Shown here: piece after piece, positions 34,292 to 47,400 of the stretch
Layout of the letters: every line of letters starts with the position of its first letter
Numbering within the stretch: the first letter of the stretch is position 1
Origin: Dudresnaya verticillata
Lineage: Eukaryota
Length of the DNA: 64,000 nucleotides
Reading direction: 5' to 3'
Assembly: GCA_977862235.1 (NCBI GenBank)
Contig: OZ374557.1
Location: 868,001 to 932,000, forward strand
Notes under the pieces: generated by a model
The model's database searches: none
What the model was told of the DNA's origin: nothing
What the model saw: only the letters and a program-made list of their open reading frames with translations
Program-made: the position numbers and the translations under genes

Positions 34292-36435
34292 GTGACGTAG
34301 CACAGCATTGTAAAAATATCAGGTGACCTGAATATTTATAACACGGGTGATATTCTTCTGGTCCACAGGCTGCGCCTGATGCACAATAAGAATGAGATCA
34401 CCGGTGTGCCTCCACGACACATCACGACCCGGCGGCTTGTGTGGCGATCTGACCACACAGCACGAGGCAAGTGGTTCTCCCTGGGCCTCTCGCTGCGCGA
34501 GAGCTCAGATTCCTTATCTTTTGTAGCGGGACGCGAACTGCGTCCACAATAAAGGCAGCCCTCTCTCGGCGAACCGACCGAGCAGAGAGGTAGCGCCCTC
34601 TCACTGTTCCGACCTCCGTCTGCCTGTTCCCTATCCTTTCGCTGACCGCACTGGACCTTCTACCAACGTGCTGCGAGCTTCCCGCTTTCTTTCGAGCCAA
34701 GCTGCAATAACTCAGGACTCTACATCCGAGATCTGAACTTCTCAGATCTCAACCTGAACGTCTCAAGTCTCAACCTGAACTTTCCGGAACACCTTCCGTT
34801 TGAGTTGGAGACTATTTCTCCACATTCTGGTCAGCCCTCACAACCTTCCAACACACGTTGGGACGACAATATTCAAGAAAACCGCGTTGCTCACCGCGTC
34901 GCAATCTCCAGGAATTCACAAGCTCCGCAACCCAAGCCGGAATCCCATCGGGTCCACTGGGTCCTGTCGTAGGTCCTTCCTAGGGTGTTAGAGCATCTCC
35001 GATTGGAAGCACAACCTGCAATGGTGAAAGAGGCGGAGACATCCCTCTCGGAAATTGTTCCGTCTTTGGTTAATTCCTATCTATAGCAGCACCTTCCTCG
35101 GATAGTGCAAGCTTTGATCCTACAGGAAAAGGTGGGCGCCGAGCTCGAGAGCCGGATTGCTCCCAGCGTTGGAAGGCCTCCCGATACGGAAGCTTTTACT
35201 GAGCAACCACCTTTACGGAATGACTTCCCGGTCGAGGGAAGAACGCAGCAGCCGCAACAATCCCCCGTTATGGAGTTACAGCCAGGTACAGTACCCTCTG
35301 GGCCACTGGCACCGGCTCCCGTAACGGATTCTCAACATCAATACGCCCCTACGGGACTAACACACACTCAGCCACCGTTACGGTATTTTCCTGGACACGT
35401 AGATGTGCCTACTGTGGCGCACGGGGGCCGGGCACTTATCTCCTCGCCATAGGCGTCAAGGGCTGCGTCGACCGACGGACGGTCGCCTGAAACAGCTCAT
35501 TCGCCGTTGGCGCGAACACGTCATCGACGATTGGCCTACGGACGCGCGGGCACCACAACCCCGCGTCGCGCGCGCCAGATGCACTGTACGGTACAACGCT
35601 GTAGAACGGATCTGGATGGTGCATCGGGATCAACGCGGTGTAAGCGGGTTGACTGTCCGTTTGGCCCGAATCCCGATTGAATCCGGATCCGACATCCGGA
35701 TCGGACATCGGGATCCACTGTAAGGGAGGCGCGCCTGTAACACGGTGCCAATCGCGATCCGAATCCGGATCGCCTGCGGCACCGCACAAGCACATCTCTA
35801 TAAGACGCACGCGCCGGCGTACAGCGGCTGCATTGTCCCGGGATGTGTCAGACGCACTTCCACGCGACATGCGTCCCGGGTTCCCGCGCACTAATTCATG
35901 CAGCCGCCGCGCCGCGGCCCCATAGCATTACTTAGGTACCTCGTCTAGGACGTAGCAGTAAAGCCCGGCAAGCCGGTTTGGGTCTAGACTTCCCTTCCGC
36001 GACAGCGCGCACCCTACCGCTGCCCGGAAGCATAAGCGTCTACCTATCCGTGTTTCCACGTTCATAACCGTTGCTAATTTGTTTTCCTTTGGGTTTCCTT
36101 GCCCCTTTTCTCTCTCGCCTTGGGTGTTTACAGCCGCCCTAGGCGTGTTCAACCTGCTCTACCAAGTTCGCCACCAGCGGCTACCCACTGGGCTCTCGAA
36201 CGCCCGGAGGTATTTTCCGTCTCTAGACGACGTTTGCACGACAACTGGCCTCCCGACCTAGAAGATGCTACGTTTCTACGAACTTTAACGTCTATGAGAC
36301 AATCGCTTAACCGTCACCCTGACGTTCTGCCCATCGTTCACAACGTTCGCCTACTTCTTCGAAACCATTAGGGGTCCACCGCGACCACCGTTACCGCGTC
36401 GATCCTCCCGACGCCCGTCTTCGACGCCTGGCACC

Positions 36436-38847
36436 ATGCCACTGTCGGGACCGGCCCAGCCCATGACGACACGATTTGGTCGTCACGTCAGCCCGGAGAT
36501 TGCCTCAGCCTTTACGGCACCGCCGGACCATGAAGTGTCACACGCTTCGCTAAACAGGGGAGAACCTGCTCCCCCGTCGAATCCGATCATCGTTCCTACT
36601 TTAGTCCCGGAAGGCTCCGCCCTCCGTACCTACCACACTTACGTGGACTCCGCCGACACCGTCCAGGCGGAGCAGCAACGCGTCGTAGACGGAACACAAG
36701 CCGGCCTTGCCGAGGAACAACAACCAACGCAGGAACAACAACCAACTCCGGCTCCACAGCCACAACAACAATCACCAACCCGAAACGTCGAGGATGATGG
36801 CAGCCGTTTAGCGCCTTTGGACGTCGTCGACGATTCCCCACCGGTAAGGGACTGTTGTCCCACACCTCACGGCAGTGCCGAATGTTCTCCGGCAGAGCCG
36901 TCTGGTCAACATGGGAACGCCGAGATGTCACCGGTGAGGCAAACCCCGGTGAGGAAAAGCCCAACGCGCCCTTCGCCCGCGGCGTCTCCTGCGTCCGCTC
37001 GCGTGGGCAATCTCACGATTCCCCGCACCCGCATCCGAGAAGTTTGCGTCATTGAAGACGATGCGTTATTAACGCGATTCGCCGAGATGCTCGACAACAG
37101 TGTCGGGGGAATCTGCAGCCGTCTACAGACGTTGGAGGAAGGTCGATACGGAGCCCTACAGGGGTTGCGAACTGACCTCGACCGTCTGATGACGAACCCG
37201 GGTACCAACACCAAGCAACCCGCCACAGTAACGATTAAGTCGCACGCCGAACTGAGTTCGCGCGAACGTTTCAATCGGCTGGCGACTCCTTTGGAACGAT
37301 TGGAAACCGCCAAGTGGCGTCAAGTACAACCACCATCGCCTGAGGACGAAAACGACGACGAAGATTGTCACCGTCGTAAAGGCCGCCAGCATCGAGACCA
37401 ACGAAAGAAACGCCACGGGCGAAAGAATAACCGTCGACGACGCCACGGGTATTCCTCATCCTCCTCCGACTCGTCGAGTGACGGAGAATCGTCCGGTACT
37501 TCAACAGATGACGAAGAGTACCCAACCCACGGCGGGGCCGTAAGGCCACGCGGCAAACGGTTCAAGGGGTTGAAGGAGCTACGTCCCTCCAACCCCCTTT
37601 TCGATCAACTCTTGTCGTATCGTACTTACCGTCTAGCAGACGTCGGGCAAAATCGTTCCGGACGCGAAACAGGGAAGGTCAAGGACCACATCAAACGTCT
37701 GGAGTTGACAATGAAGGACGCCGCCTTCACGGGCGACGACCCGGTCCTGATCCTCGCGTTCCTTACGCGTTTCGCGGATGAGGCCGATACGCTATAAATG
37801 AGGGAAGCTCAAGCGTTCATAGCGTTGCCGTACTTCTTACGAGGTAGGGCGTCAACACAGTTCCGATCCGTCAAGTCGACGTCAACGCGCCATCGAGACG
37901 GAGTCTCTTCGTACCCGGCGGCGGTGCAATACCTCCTCAGTACGTATGAAACGCCTTCGGCGATTCGATCCGCCGTGCTGGCGTTACGTTCGACAGCGCA
38001 TAAGCGGATCGAAGATGAAACTGCCTACGAAATGTGACTCGCTGGAGCGTGCATCCGTTGCGGGAACGTATACCCCGATTGGGAGAAGATGACCCTATTC
38101 ATTGACGGACTCGACCCCTCGATACTATCGCTAGTTGCCCGCTTTTGCGAAGAATCGCCGAGGGCGAAGCTGTCATTCGAACGATTGGTGCACTTCACAC
38201 AAGACGAGGGCGATGCGCACCGCACACGACACGGGAGGGCCGGACAGACTTCTGGTCGACAGGAGATACTGGTGCCAGCACAAGCCACTCGCACCGTACG
38301 ACCTGCTGTTGCGGTCAACCGTCAACCGACGAAGAGTCCGAAGCCGGCGGCACACGCCATGCTGGTGGAGTCGTCCGTCGAATTACGAGACGTTAGCCAC
38401 CGCGACGGTGATGTCGAAACGCACGCTGATGGCGACTTGTACCTGGCCGACGAACAACTCTCGATACCAACGTCAGCATTGACGACAGAGAGTTACGTCG
38501 AAGACGAAGAGGAAATGGACCCCGCTCTCGCCTTTCGGCGCTCGAATGTACCCACGCCTCGCGTACCCTATTTGGAATATGCCCTGCACGTTCACCGCGC
38601 AAGGCCCGGATGGCAGGACCGAGGTACGCCTTGTCAAGACGTACGCCGACAACTCATTTGCCATCAGTGCTACGCGCAGGGTCACATCGCGCCGGAATGC
38701 TTCTTACGAATGAGTGACTTCATGAAGTTCGTCGCCAATTACGAGGGCCTGACGGAGACCGAGAGGAACGGAGTACCCGCTGATGCGTATAACCGTTGTA
38801 AGGAGCAAGCTACGCAAGAAGCAGCTCATCGCGCCGCGCGCTCATGA
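36436..38847 (+). pseudogene. gag: Gag-like protein with CCHC knuckle (in-frame stops at 37795 and 38035)
   Basis: Three consecutive same-frame ORFs; CHQCYAQGHIAPEC. Confidence 0.85.
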
Positions 38848-38968
38848 TCGCCAAGGGCAGGACTTGCACCACGTGCAGCCGAACTTCATCCAATGATGCT
38901 AAACCGCTACGTAGCGCAACCACCGCCGAAGGCGAAAAACGATCCGGGCACCGACGCCTGACACTGGG

Positions 38969-40484
38969 GTGTCACACCCAACCGAGAGGCCCCCGCCTCG
39001 GGTGTTGACACGGAAGGAGGGCTCGGAGACAATTAAAGAAGACGCTGAAGGGCAGATAGAACCGTCGCATACGTCAATGAAACGCCCATGGCGTAGGTAC
39101 CAGCCCCCGAAAGGGCGAGGACAGTTCTTCGTAATGGCCAAGAGAATTTATAAGGTGTACGCCAACTTGGGTACCACCACCAACACCTTGGTCCGTAAAC
39201 TTACTGTCCTCGACACCGGGGCTGGTCCCAACTTCATCCGTATTACCGAGATCCCGCTAGAAGCGCATTTGCACATTGTCGCCAAAAGTCTGCCCGTTAT
39301 TTCCGACGCCAATAACAAGCCAATAAAGACGCGCGGAACCATGGACTTGGTCGTACATCTCGGACGACGGGTCGTTAAATTGGAATTAATCGTTTGTAAA
39401 CGGCTCGCTGCGCCGGTCATACTCGGTTGCGACTTTTGTGACCGCTTTCTCGAAGCGATATATCCGCCAAAGCGCTTACTGTCAGATAATGGACCACAGT
39501 TTGTTGCCAAACTATTCCAAAACGTCTGCCGTCTACTGAATGTCTAGAACCTCTTCACCACGACGTATCACCCTCAGTGCAACGAACAGGTGGAACGGTT
39601 TCACCGGACGATACTCGCATCGTTGCGTTACTACGTGGCGGACCATCCTCGCGACTGAGATATGTTCACGGATGCTCTGACTTTCGGTTACAACACGCAG
39701 ATCTACTCGTCCACATAGTTATCGCCGCTCGAACTGGTACTCTCCCGACCACTACTCCCGTTGTCACTTCAAGCGGAGCCGTCGCTGGAAAGCGTCCCGA
39801 CCGGTGGTCAATACTACACGAAGTGGAGGGCATGGCTGACCGCATTGATGCGCACCACGACGGCGACGTTGGCGCAAACGCAGCTTGGCCGAGTTGGCTC
39901 CGTTCGCAGCTGGGCCCGGTCGTCAGTCGTCTCATTCCGTCTCAGACGACGACCAACTGCAAGGCGTCCACACCCGACTCGGCGTCGCTAGGCATACGCC
40001 GGCCACCCTGCCGGATGACCCGACTAAGAGTGCCACCGACGTAACCAAAGCTGTGCTAAGGAGCGAAGGTCAAACTCCGACTGTGTCGGGGACGCAAACG
40101 CCAGAAGCAAGCGCATCTCCTACCGAAGGCGTTCGCTCGGCTATACGAGACGCTACTCGCCCACGGCGATCCTCGCGTCGAATGCGCTTCGCGGAACCGA
40201 GGAACGCCCGCGGTGAAGGATCGGAGCAGCCGATGGGCCCACCCAAGACGAAGCGTATGCAAGCAGTCACTGGTAGGGAAGGAGAATACGTCATCGACCG
40301 TATCGAGAAGCACGCATTCGCGGATGACGGAGAGATCCTCTACTTCGTGAAATGGTTCGGATACGCTGCCACAGCGAACACGTGGGAACCGGTGTCGAAC
40401 CTACCCCGTTCGCATATCGTGCGGTACCACTGCCAAAATCGAACGGAAACTCCACAGAATATCGACGACGCTCGCTTAGGGTAA
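38969..40484 (+). pseudogene. pol: Protease fused directly to partial integrase core and chromodomain
   Basis: VLDTGAGPNFI..VILGCDF, then PKRLLSDNGPQF at ~39467; YVIDRIEKH..YFVKWFGY..NTWEP. Confidence 0.87.
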
Positions 40485-41863
40485 TACGCCCCGACCGATC
40501 ACGAAACGACTTGCGTCCTGGAACGCCAAAGGCGGAAGCACGCCCAGGGCGGATCCTCATAGGTGCACCCCACGAAGGGACTGTCAGCCAGAACGGGTCG
40601 AATTACTGACGCCACAAAAGCCCCCAGACGTTTGGCCCCGGGACAGTGCATGGGGAAAATAACAAAAACAACAAAAATAATTATTCAACCATAGGCGCCT
40701 CACGAATGGCCAAGTGTCGCTCCGAACGGTCGGGGGAAGTCTCGCTACCACTAATGGCGAGGACGGGAGGCTGGCCGTCTCGAACGGCCAACTACGTGAC
40801 CCACGTCGGCCGCCACCACTAAGTTTCCGCAGAAATGCGCCGCAGCCCACAAGGGTACGCTACGCAGCACGCTGCAGGGCGCCAAGGAGGAAGAAGGAAA
40901 CGTAATGACTACGCGAAAAAGGTCACCGTATGGACCCGAGATTCTGGTGCGATAACGTCGCAGACGAGAATAACCGCAGTTACGACCTCCGTGCACGACG
41001 CGTCGCGCCCGAGACAGGGGAAACAGCCACACCCTATTAGCAACGAGCGGCGCCTCCGCGCCGAAGCCGTAGCGATCACGTTGTAATAGCGTCGAGGACG
41101 AGCCAAGATGGAGGTGGTTGAGCAAAAGCGCCGTCAGCGACTAACGGTCGGTGCCCCGTCTGGTGGCACATGACCACGTTTCGAAACGCGCACCACCGCC
41201 ACTCACCACGTCCAAGACGAATGGACAATTCCTGCCGTTAACGACGAGCCAGCTCCGCGACCCAGGTTCGCGAGCAATACACCGAGTGCGAATCAGGATG
41301 CCGGCTATGCGCGTTGCCCCAAACGTCGAAGACGAGTCGAAAGGACTTCGTAAGTCCGCACGTCTGACGACGCCAACTACGCAATGCACATCTGGCACGG
41401 CGTAACGGAGCAAGTAACTACGCCACGGGCGGCGACTTCCCCTCTAACGTTAACGACGGCTCACTAAGAAACAACAACGCTGATGACGGTTTACGACAAA
41501 AACGCACGCGGGCCGCGCTCTCGGCCGCGGATACGTCAAGGACGAACTATTTGAAGAATACGACGCACGCGCGACATGCCCTCAACGTCTCGAACGCTCA
41601 AATGGGCGCCCGACCGCGGGCGCAGGTTACGGTGCAAAGAGCGCAACTACAGGGTATCAGCAAGGCAAAACGCGAAAGTAAAGGAGATGTTTAATACAAA
41701 TATGCGTTCGATAATATCGCTTCTAATACTTACGCTAACTATGTGGCTACGGTAACGTCGCCTTCACCGTCGCTAGACGCCTCCTTTCACCGCTTGAGTC
41801 GCTCCGCGAGGAGCGACCAAGCCCATGAAACGCACTTTCGCGTCCGCCAAGCCGTCGAAGACG

Positions 41864-43968
41864 TCAATCGCCACCCTTAGCCGCCTTCGGCGGGTCTAAG
41901 TCGCCATCATCATCGCCTTCGGCGGACTCGCGAACGGCCGCTTCGTAACCATCATCATCCTTCGGAGACGTAGCAGCGGAACCCGTCGACGTGGCCGCGA
42001 GCTGCGAGGTGCCAACCACCGTCGTTGCCTTGGTCACAGCGTCCACCTGCACCTTAGGCGAAATCTTAGACTCGTTGGTCGCCTCGGGCGTGACAGTAAC
42101 CGCTGTGGTCACCGGCATAGGCGATCGCGAAGTCTTTTCCGCCACCGGCGTCGAGCGCGACGCAATCGCCTTAGGCGTCAACAGGGCATCTTTGCCCTTC
42201 GCCCCAGGCGTTTTCGGAATGTTAACCGCCTTCGGCGCGGGTTGCGTAGTGATAGCCTTAGGCGCTACAGGAACGTCCGCCGTCGATGACGTTGGGACAA
42301 CTTTGCTCACCGTAGGCGCTTCTCCATTAGAAGGTATCCTCGTAGACGAAGATCCCACGGCGGTCACGTCATTCGGCGCCGCTACCGGCAGAGCCGCTGG
42401 GTCCCGCGGGGGCGTTGCCGCCGGAGCCGGAACCGTCTCCAAGAAGCGAGCCCACCAATCCGAGGGTGAGCCATTCGGGTCGCTAGGGTCGACGCCTGCG
42501 GCCCGCAGGAGCGAAAGGACAACATCGTGCTGCGCGGAACTCCATCTCGGAACGGTCGAAGATACTGCATTACCGTCTTGGACGCTTAGAATAGAAGGTG
42601 GCGCTGGTACGATGGCCGCCGGTGTTTGCAACGGGGCAGCCATGACAGTGTCACCATCCTCTTCAGCGACGGGTATATTCCCTTCGTTGGGAACAACCGC
42701 CACTGGGGTATGACACGGCCCGGCCTAAGTTGCCACGTCCGACACCGAAGGCTGTTCTACAGCAGGATCTGTCGGCTCAACCGCCATAGGCGTCGCGAAG
42801 CCCGTCCCAGACGCGTGCACCCCTACGCTTGTAGCGTGAAAGGCGTCCTCCTCGGCCGTTAGAATAGCCAAGTGAGGAGGAAAATCTCCTACAAAGTTGC
42901 ACGATGACTGTAGCCCACGAGGGTGACCCAACGGCACAAATCGGTCAGTTCGTCGATGAAGTTCAGCAATGCTTTCCGTCGTTCAACGTTTGGTCCAAGG
43001 ATTGTACCAAGTCCAGTCGCCAGAGGCCTGATGGTTGCGACTCATCGCGAAACGCGGACGATTCGCTTTCCGGCGGCTGCTTTCCAGAGGGACGACCGCG
43101 GGGTTATCCCAGTCGATCTCACTCGCCACTTGGCGTAAGTTCCAGAATTCCCGGAGGCCCCGCTGACCGCCGAGCGTCTCGGTGAGGCCCAAGTCGTTGA
43201 AAAACGCTACAATACGTGGTGGAAGGTAGCATATCCGGAAGGTATCGTACACCTCCCACAACCACGCATAAGCGATGTTGGCCACCCACGCCGTCTGAAA
43301 GACGATCCACCACCACGAATACGCGTTCACCACGAGCTCTGAGCCCAAGTACGTGACACACGGGGGCAACTCGGCCGCGAAGCTCTTGCACACTTCCATC
43401 TCACGCCACTGTGGCGGTAACTTGACGAAACCGTTCGACATTTTCGTACGCTCTAAGCGGTCAATTTGCGTATCCTGATACGGTACAAGCACGCCCTTGC
43501 GGCGTCGGGACTCACACTCCCAGCGAATGCACCTCTCCCAGCAGAAGGTACCGCCCGGTGGGAATAAAGAAACTCCGCTCGCAAGTGCGCACCCATCACC
43601 AACACATCGTCTCTGATGCGAGGGTCCAGCGATAGAGTAATGTGCGTCAAAGGCAATTCTGCCAGATGGTAACCATAACCGGCCTCGCCGTGTGTTCGGA
43701 AAAACGCCCCATCCAGCCCCAACGATAACGGGACCAAATCGGTTCCCGGGAATCGTGAGAAACGGCCATATACGTCGACAACGAAACGGGAGTGCACATC
43801 TTCCCGCGACTGGCCCGGGTGCGCGTGCACCCACTCTTTCGGAATCTCGCAACGCATCCGCCCCTCCGTCGAATAGACGACCGCCAGGGGAGTTCCCCCG
43901 GCAACATGTCGCCGATGACGTAATGCGCAATTAGCGCTTCGTTTCCCAACGCGGCCGGGTCGAACCAC
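41864..43968 (-). pseudogene. Antisense accessory ORF (family 2), fragmented
   Basis: Successive minus-strand ORFs (Trp-rich domain, then Ala/Pro/Thr-rich tail); homolog at 2263-3142. Confidence 0.6.
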
Positions 43969-45297
43969 AGCGCCGTCGCAAAGAGGCGCGCGTGGTTACG
44001 TGGGCTATTTTAGACAAAGTCGTGCAGTGACGGGTATACCGGCATCCATGAAGGGGCGCAATCTGCGCCCCATCGTACTGCGGCCTCACGTCAACGACGG
44101 GAACTTACGAACACGTCACTTATGATAAGGGAATCAACGTCCAGAACAATAACGTCGCCGACGATGGGATACCACGCGCGCCTTGGACGCCACTCGCCGA
44201 ACGTCAACGACGGAAGCGAACTGCCGCTTGGCAACACGGTCACACACGCCACGGGCGGAGAATTGACTTCGGTCGCTAACACGCTGAAAGCGGAACGACC
44301 GCTTCGGACCAGGATGATCGGTCGCAAAACGGCAACGCCGAGAGAAAGCACACGCCACAAGCGAAGTCGCGGCCGACGCCGAGACCGTGCTGTTGTTGAA
44401 GGTTGAGTGGTGCGCCTCTGTCGATGGATGTGTTCGCCTCTAAGCGGAGGGTCGTGTGGCGCAGGGGGGCCGGGCTCTTATTTCCTCGCCATGGGCGTCA
44501 AGGGCTGCGTCTACCGACCGACGGTCGCCTGAAAAGGCACATTCGCCGTTGGCGCAAACACGTCATCGACGATGGGATTGGCCTACGGACGCGCGGGCGC
44601 CACAACCCCGCGCCGAGCGCACCCGATGCACTGTACGGTACAACGCTGTAGAGCGGATCTGGATGATGCATCGGGATCAACGAGGTGTAAGCGTGTTGAC
44701 TGTCAGTTTGGCCCGAATCCCGATTGAATCCGGATCCGACATCCGGATCGGACATCGGGATCCACTGTAAGGGAAGCGCGCCTGTAATACGGTGCCAATC
44801 GCGATCCTAATCCGGATCGCCTACAGCACCGCAAAAGCGCGTCTCTGCAAGACGCACACGCCGGCATACAGCGGCTGCATTGTCCCGGGACGTGTCAGAC
44901 GCACTTCCACGCGACACGCGTCCCGGGTTCCCTCACACTACGTCATGCAGCCGCCGCGCCGCAGCCCCATAGCATTACTTAGGTACCTCGTCTAGGACGT
45001 AGCAGTAAAGCCCGGCAAGCCGGTTTGGGTCTAGACTTCCCTTCCGCGACAGCGTGCACCCTACCGCTGCCCGGAAGCATAAGAGTCTACCTATCCGTGT
45101 TTCCACGTTCATAACCGTTGTTAACGTGTTTTCCTCTAGGTCTCCTCGCCCCTTTTCTCTCTCGCCTTGGTTGTTTACAGTCCGCCCTAGGCGTGTTCAA
45201 CCTGCTCTACCAAGTTCACCACCAGCGGCTACCTACTGGGCTCTCGAACGGCCCGGAGGTGTTTTCCGTCTCTAGACGACGTTTGCACGACACCTAC

Positions 45298-46660
45298 GCC
45301 AAGGCGCTATCAGCAAGAGCGCTATACCGTTCCGGTGCGATCAGGTGGGGGCAGCGACACTCTCAGCGATGCGTCCAGCTCAGCTCATCCGAATCGGATG
45401 ACCGGTCGAGGTCGGCATAATCGAGATGCCCGAAACTGCCGATCTGACCCGCCCCGTTGGTCTATCTACATGGGCGCCCACACCCAGCGACGACGCAATC
45501 AATCCGATAAGGAATCTAGTGAGAGCACCTCAGAGGATAGCCAACACCGCTGCAGAAAGAGAAGCAACAGAAGATCGCGGAAGCGCGAAAAGAGGCATGA
45601 CTCCTCTTCCTCTACGTATTTAGATTCAGACAGTTCTTCCGTAAGGGATGGCGAGAATAGGCAGCGGGCCAGAAAACACGGGTCCAAATCCGGAAAGGTG
45701 AAGGTAATCTGGCCGCTACTTGACAAGTTTGTCAAGGCGCTGGACTACCGCACCTACCGATTGGATATGAGGATTAAGAAGTACAGCTCTAAGTTCTCAA
45801 AAAACATAAGCCGTACACAGAAGAAACTATACGTCCAGATGTCGTCCCATACATTCGATGGGACGGACCCCAATACCGTTTTGGGTTTTCTCGCGAAGTT
45901 CCGTGACGGTTGTAACAGTAATGGCATCACCGAAGGGGTTGCCGTCTGGTGCTTCCAGTTTTTCCTTAAAGGACAGGACGAAGCACTTCTACAGGCTAGG
46001 CTTGCTGGAGGTACCATGGCGGTTGATGTGGAGCAGGCCGAGATGCTCCGCTCCTACTCCGAGGTGGTGAATTTCCTACTAAGGACTTACGCTACGGATG
46101 AAGTGATCTCTGAAGCCTATACGGATGTGAGCAACTTCAGGCAAACATCCGCCATGACGGAAGAGCAGTTCTCTAACCAACTCTGGACAAAGGCTCTGCG
46201 TTGCGGTACTGCATTTTCCGATTGGGCATTGAAGTCACTGTTTGTCGGGGGGCCCTACCTGGGATGCGTCCACAGATGCGACATTACCGGCAACACATTT
46301 CCAGCTGGACTACCAAGCCATCACTCGGTGTGCGACTGGCTGGGGCCAATGCCATCGGGCAGCAAGACGTCAATCCGTTCCGGTACACGTCTTTGATGGA
46401 CGCACGAAAGCTCGCCCGTTTAAGGTGTTGTCGCTGGATTACGTATCGGATGTACCCTACGAGATGCAAGGAAATCTTTCCGCTACGGATCATCAATGTT
46501 AGCAGTCGAGGGAGGCCACGGTGCCGCTACGGGAACGAGTACAGGGGTTACCTTCTCAACCCCGTACTCTTCACCCCCGCATAGCGTTCATCCTACGCCG
46601 CCCAGGACGCCACCCACGCAAGGTCCCCCCTATGGTGGATCTCGCCCGGCTCCTGGACCC
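45298..46660 (+). pseudogene. gag: Middle of host Gypsy Gag
   Basis: FVKALDYRTYRL, FDGTDPNTVLGFLAKF, YSEVVNFLLRTYATDEVI; in frame with the 35105 ORF once the insertion is removed. Confidence 0.82.
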
Positions 46661-47400
46661 TGTAGTCTAGCTGTCAGCGCAGTATCAGCAGCGGCTGTAA
46701 GGTATGCTGGCAGCCCTGCACTGTAATGGTGCACACGATGACGCCCGCTGGCGAGTCGTGGTTGGGCAGCGTGCCCTTAGGGTTTTCATTGATTTAGATC
46801 GTTACGCCCCGCGCGCGCCCACGGGTAGCCGTTACCCGGACGTGTCGACACGTGTATGGACGCGCGCTCGCACACCTCTCGCGTTGGTGTTGTGGGGCGC
46901 ACCTACTGTAGAGTAGTCGTAGTGCACATAGTGTAGGGTATTTAAGGCCGTCGGCCATCGAGGACTCAGTAAACCGGGCAAGCAACAGCTCTCGCTGAAG
47001 CTTGCCCCCAGCCTCTTCGGGCTCGATCCCATTGCCCTACGCCAGCGGGCGGTTTCCCTTTTCCCCCTTGCCTCGCTAGGCTTTTCCCCTTTCCTTTTCC
47101 TTTCCGTCGGCTTCGTGCCGCCCTTCGACAGGGACGCTGGGATCCGGCCGCTGCCTACCCGCGTACGGTACGCCCCGTGCGCGCTCCGGCATCGACGCCG
47201 ACGATCCGCACCTGCGGGGCGCACGCGGCCGACACCGCTCTACCACCCACAACAGCTACCCATCGACGGATCTGTGTGGCGGCTTCGGACCAGCAAGTAT
47301 TAGGCGTCGGATCGACCCGACGTCTATACTTCACTGGTCTCCCGACCTAGAAGTCGTCGAGACCCAAGTACTTCTCTTATCGACGCGATTGAAGTAAAGG

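Larger units (their letters stand above)
35413..45292 (+). mobile_element. Nested chromovirus-type Gypsy element (9880 bp), RT/RNase H deleted
   Basis: LTRs 35413-36243 and 44455-45292 (TGTGGCGCA..TGCACGACA); perfect CCTAC TSD (35408-35412, 45293-45297); PBS 36246; PPT-like 44442-44451. Confidence 0.93.
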
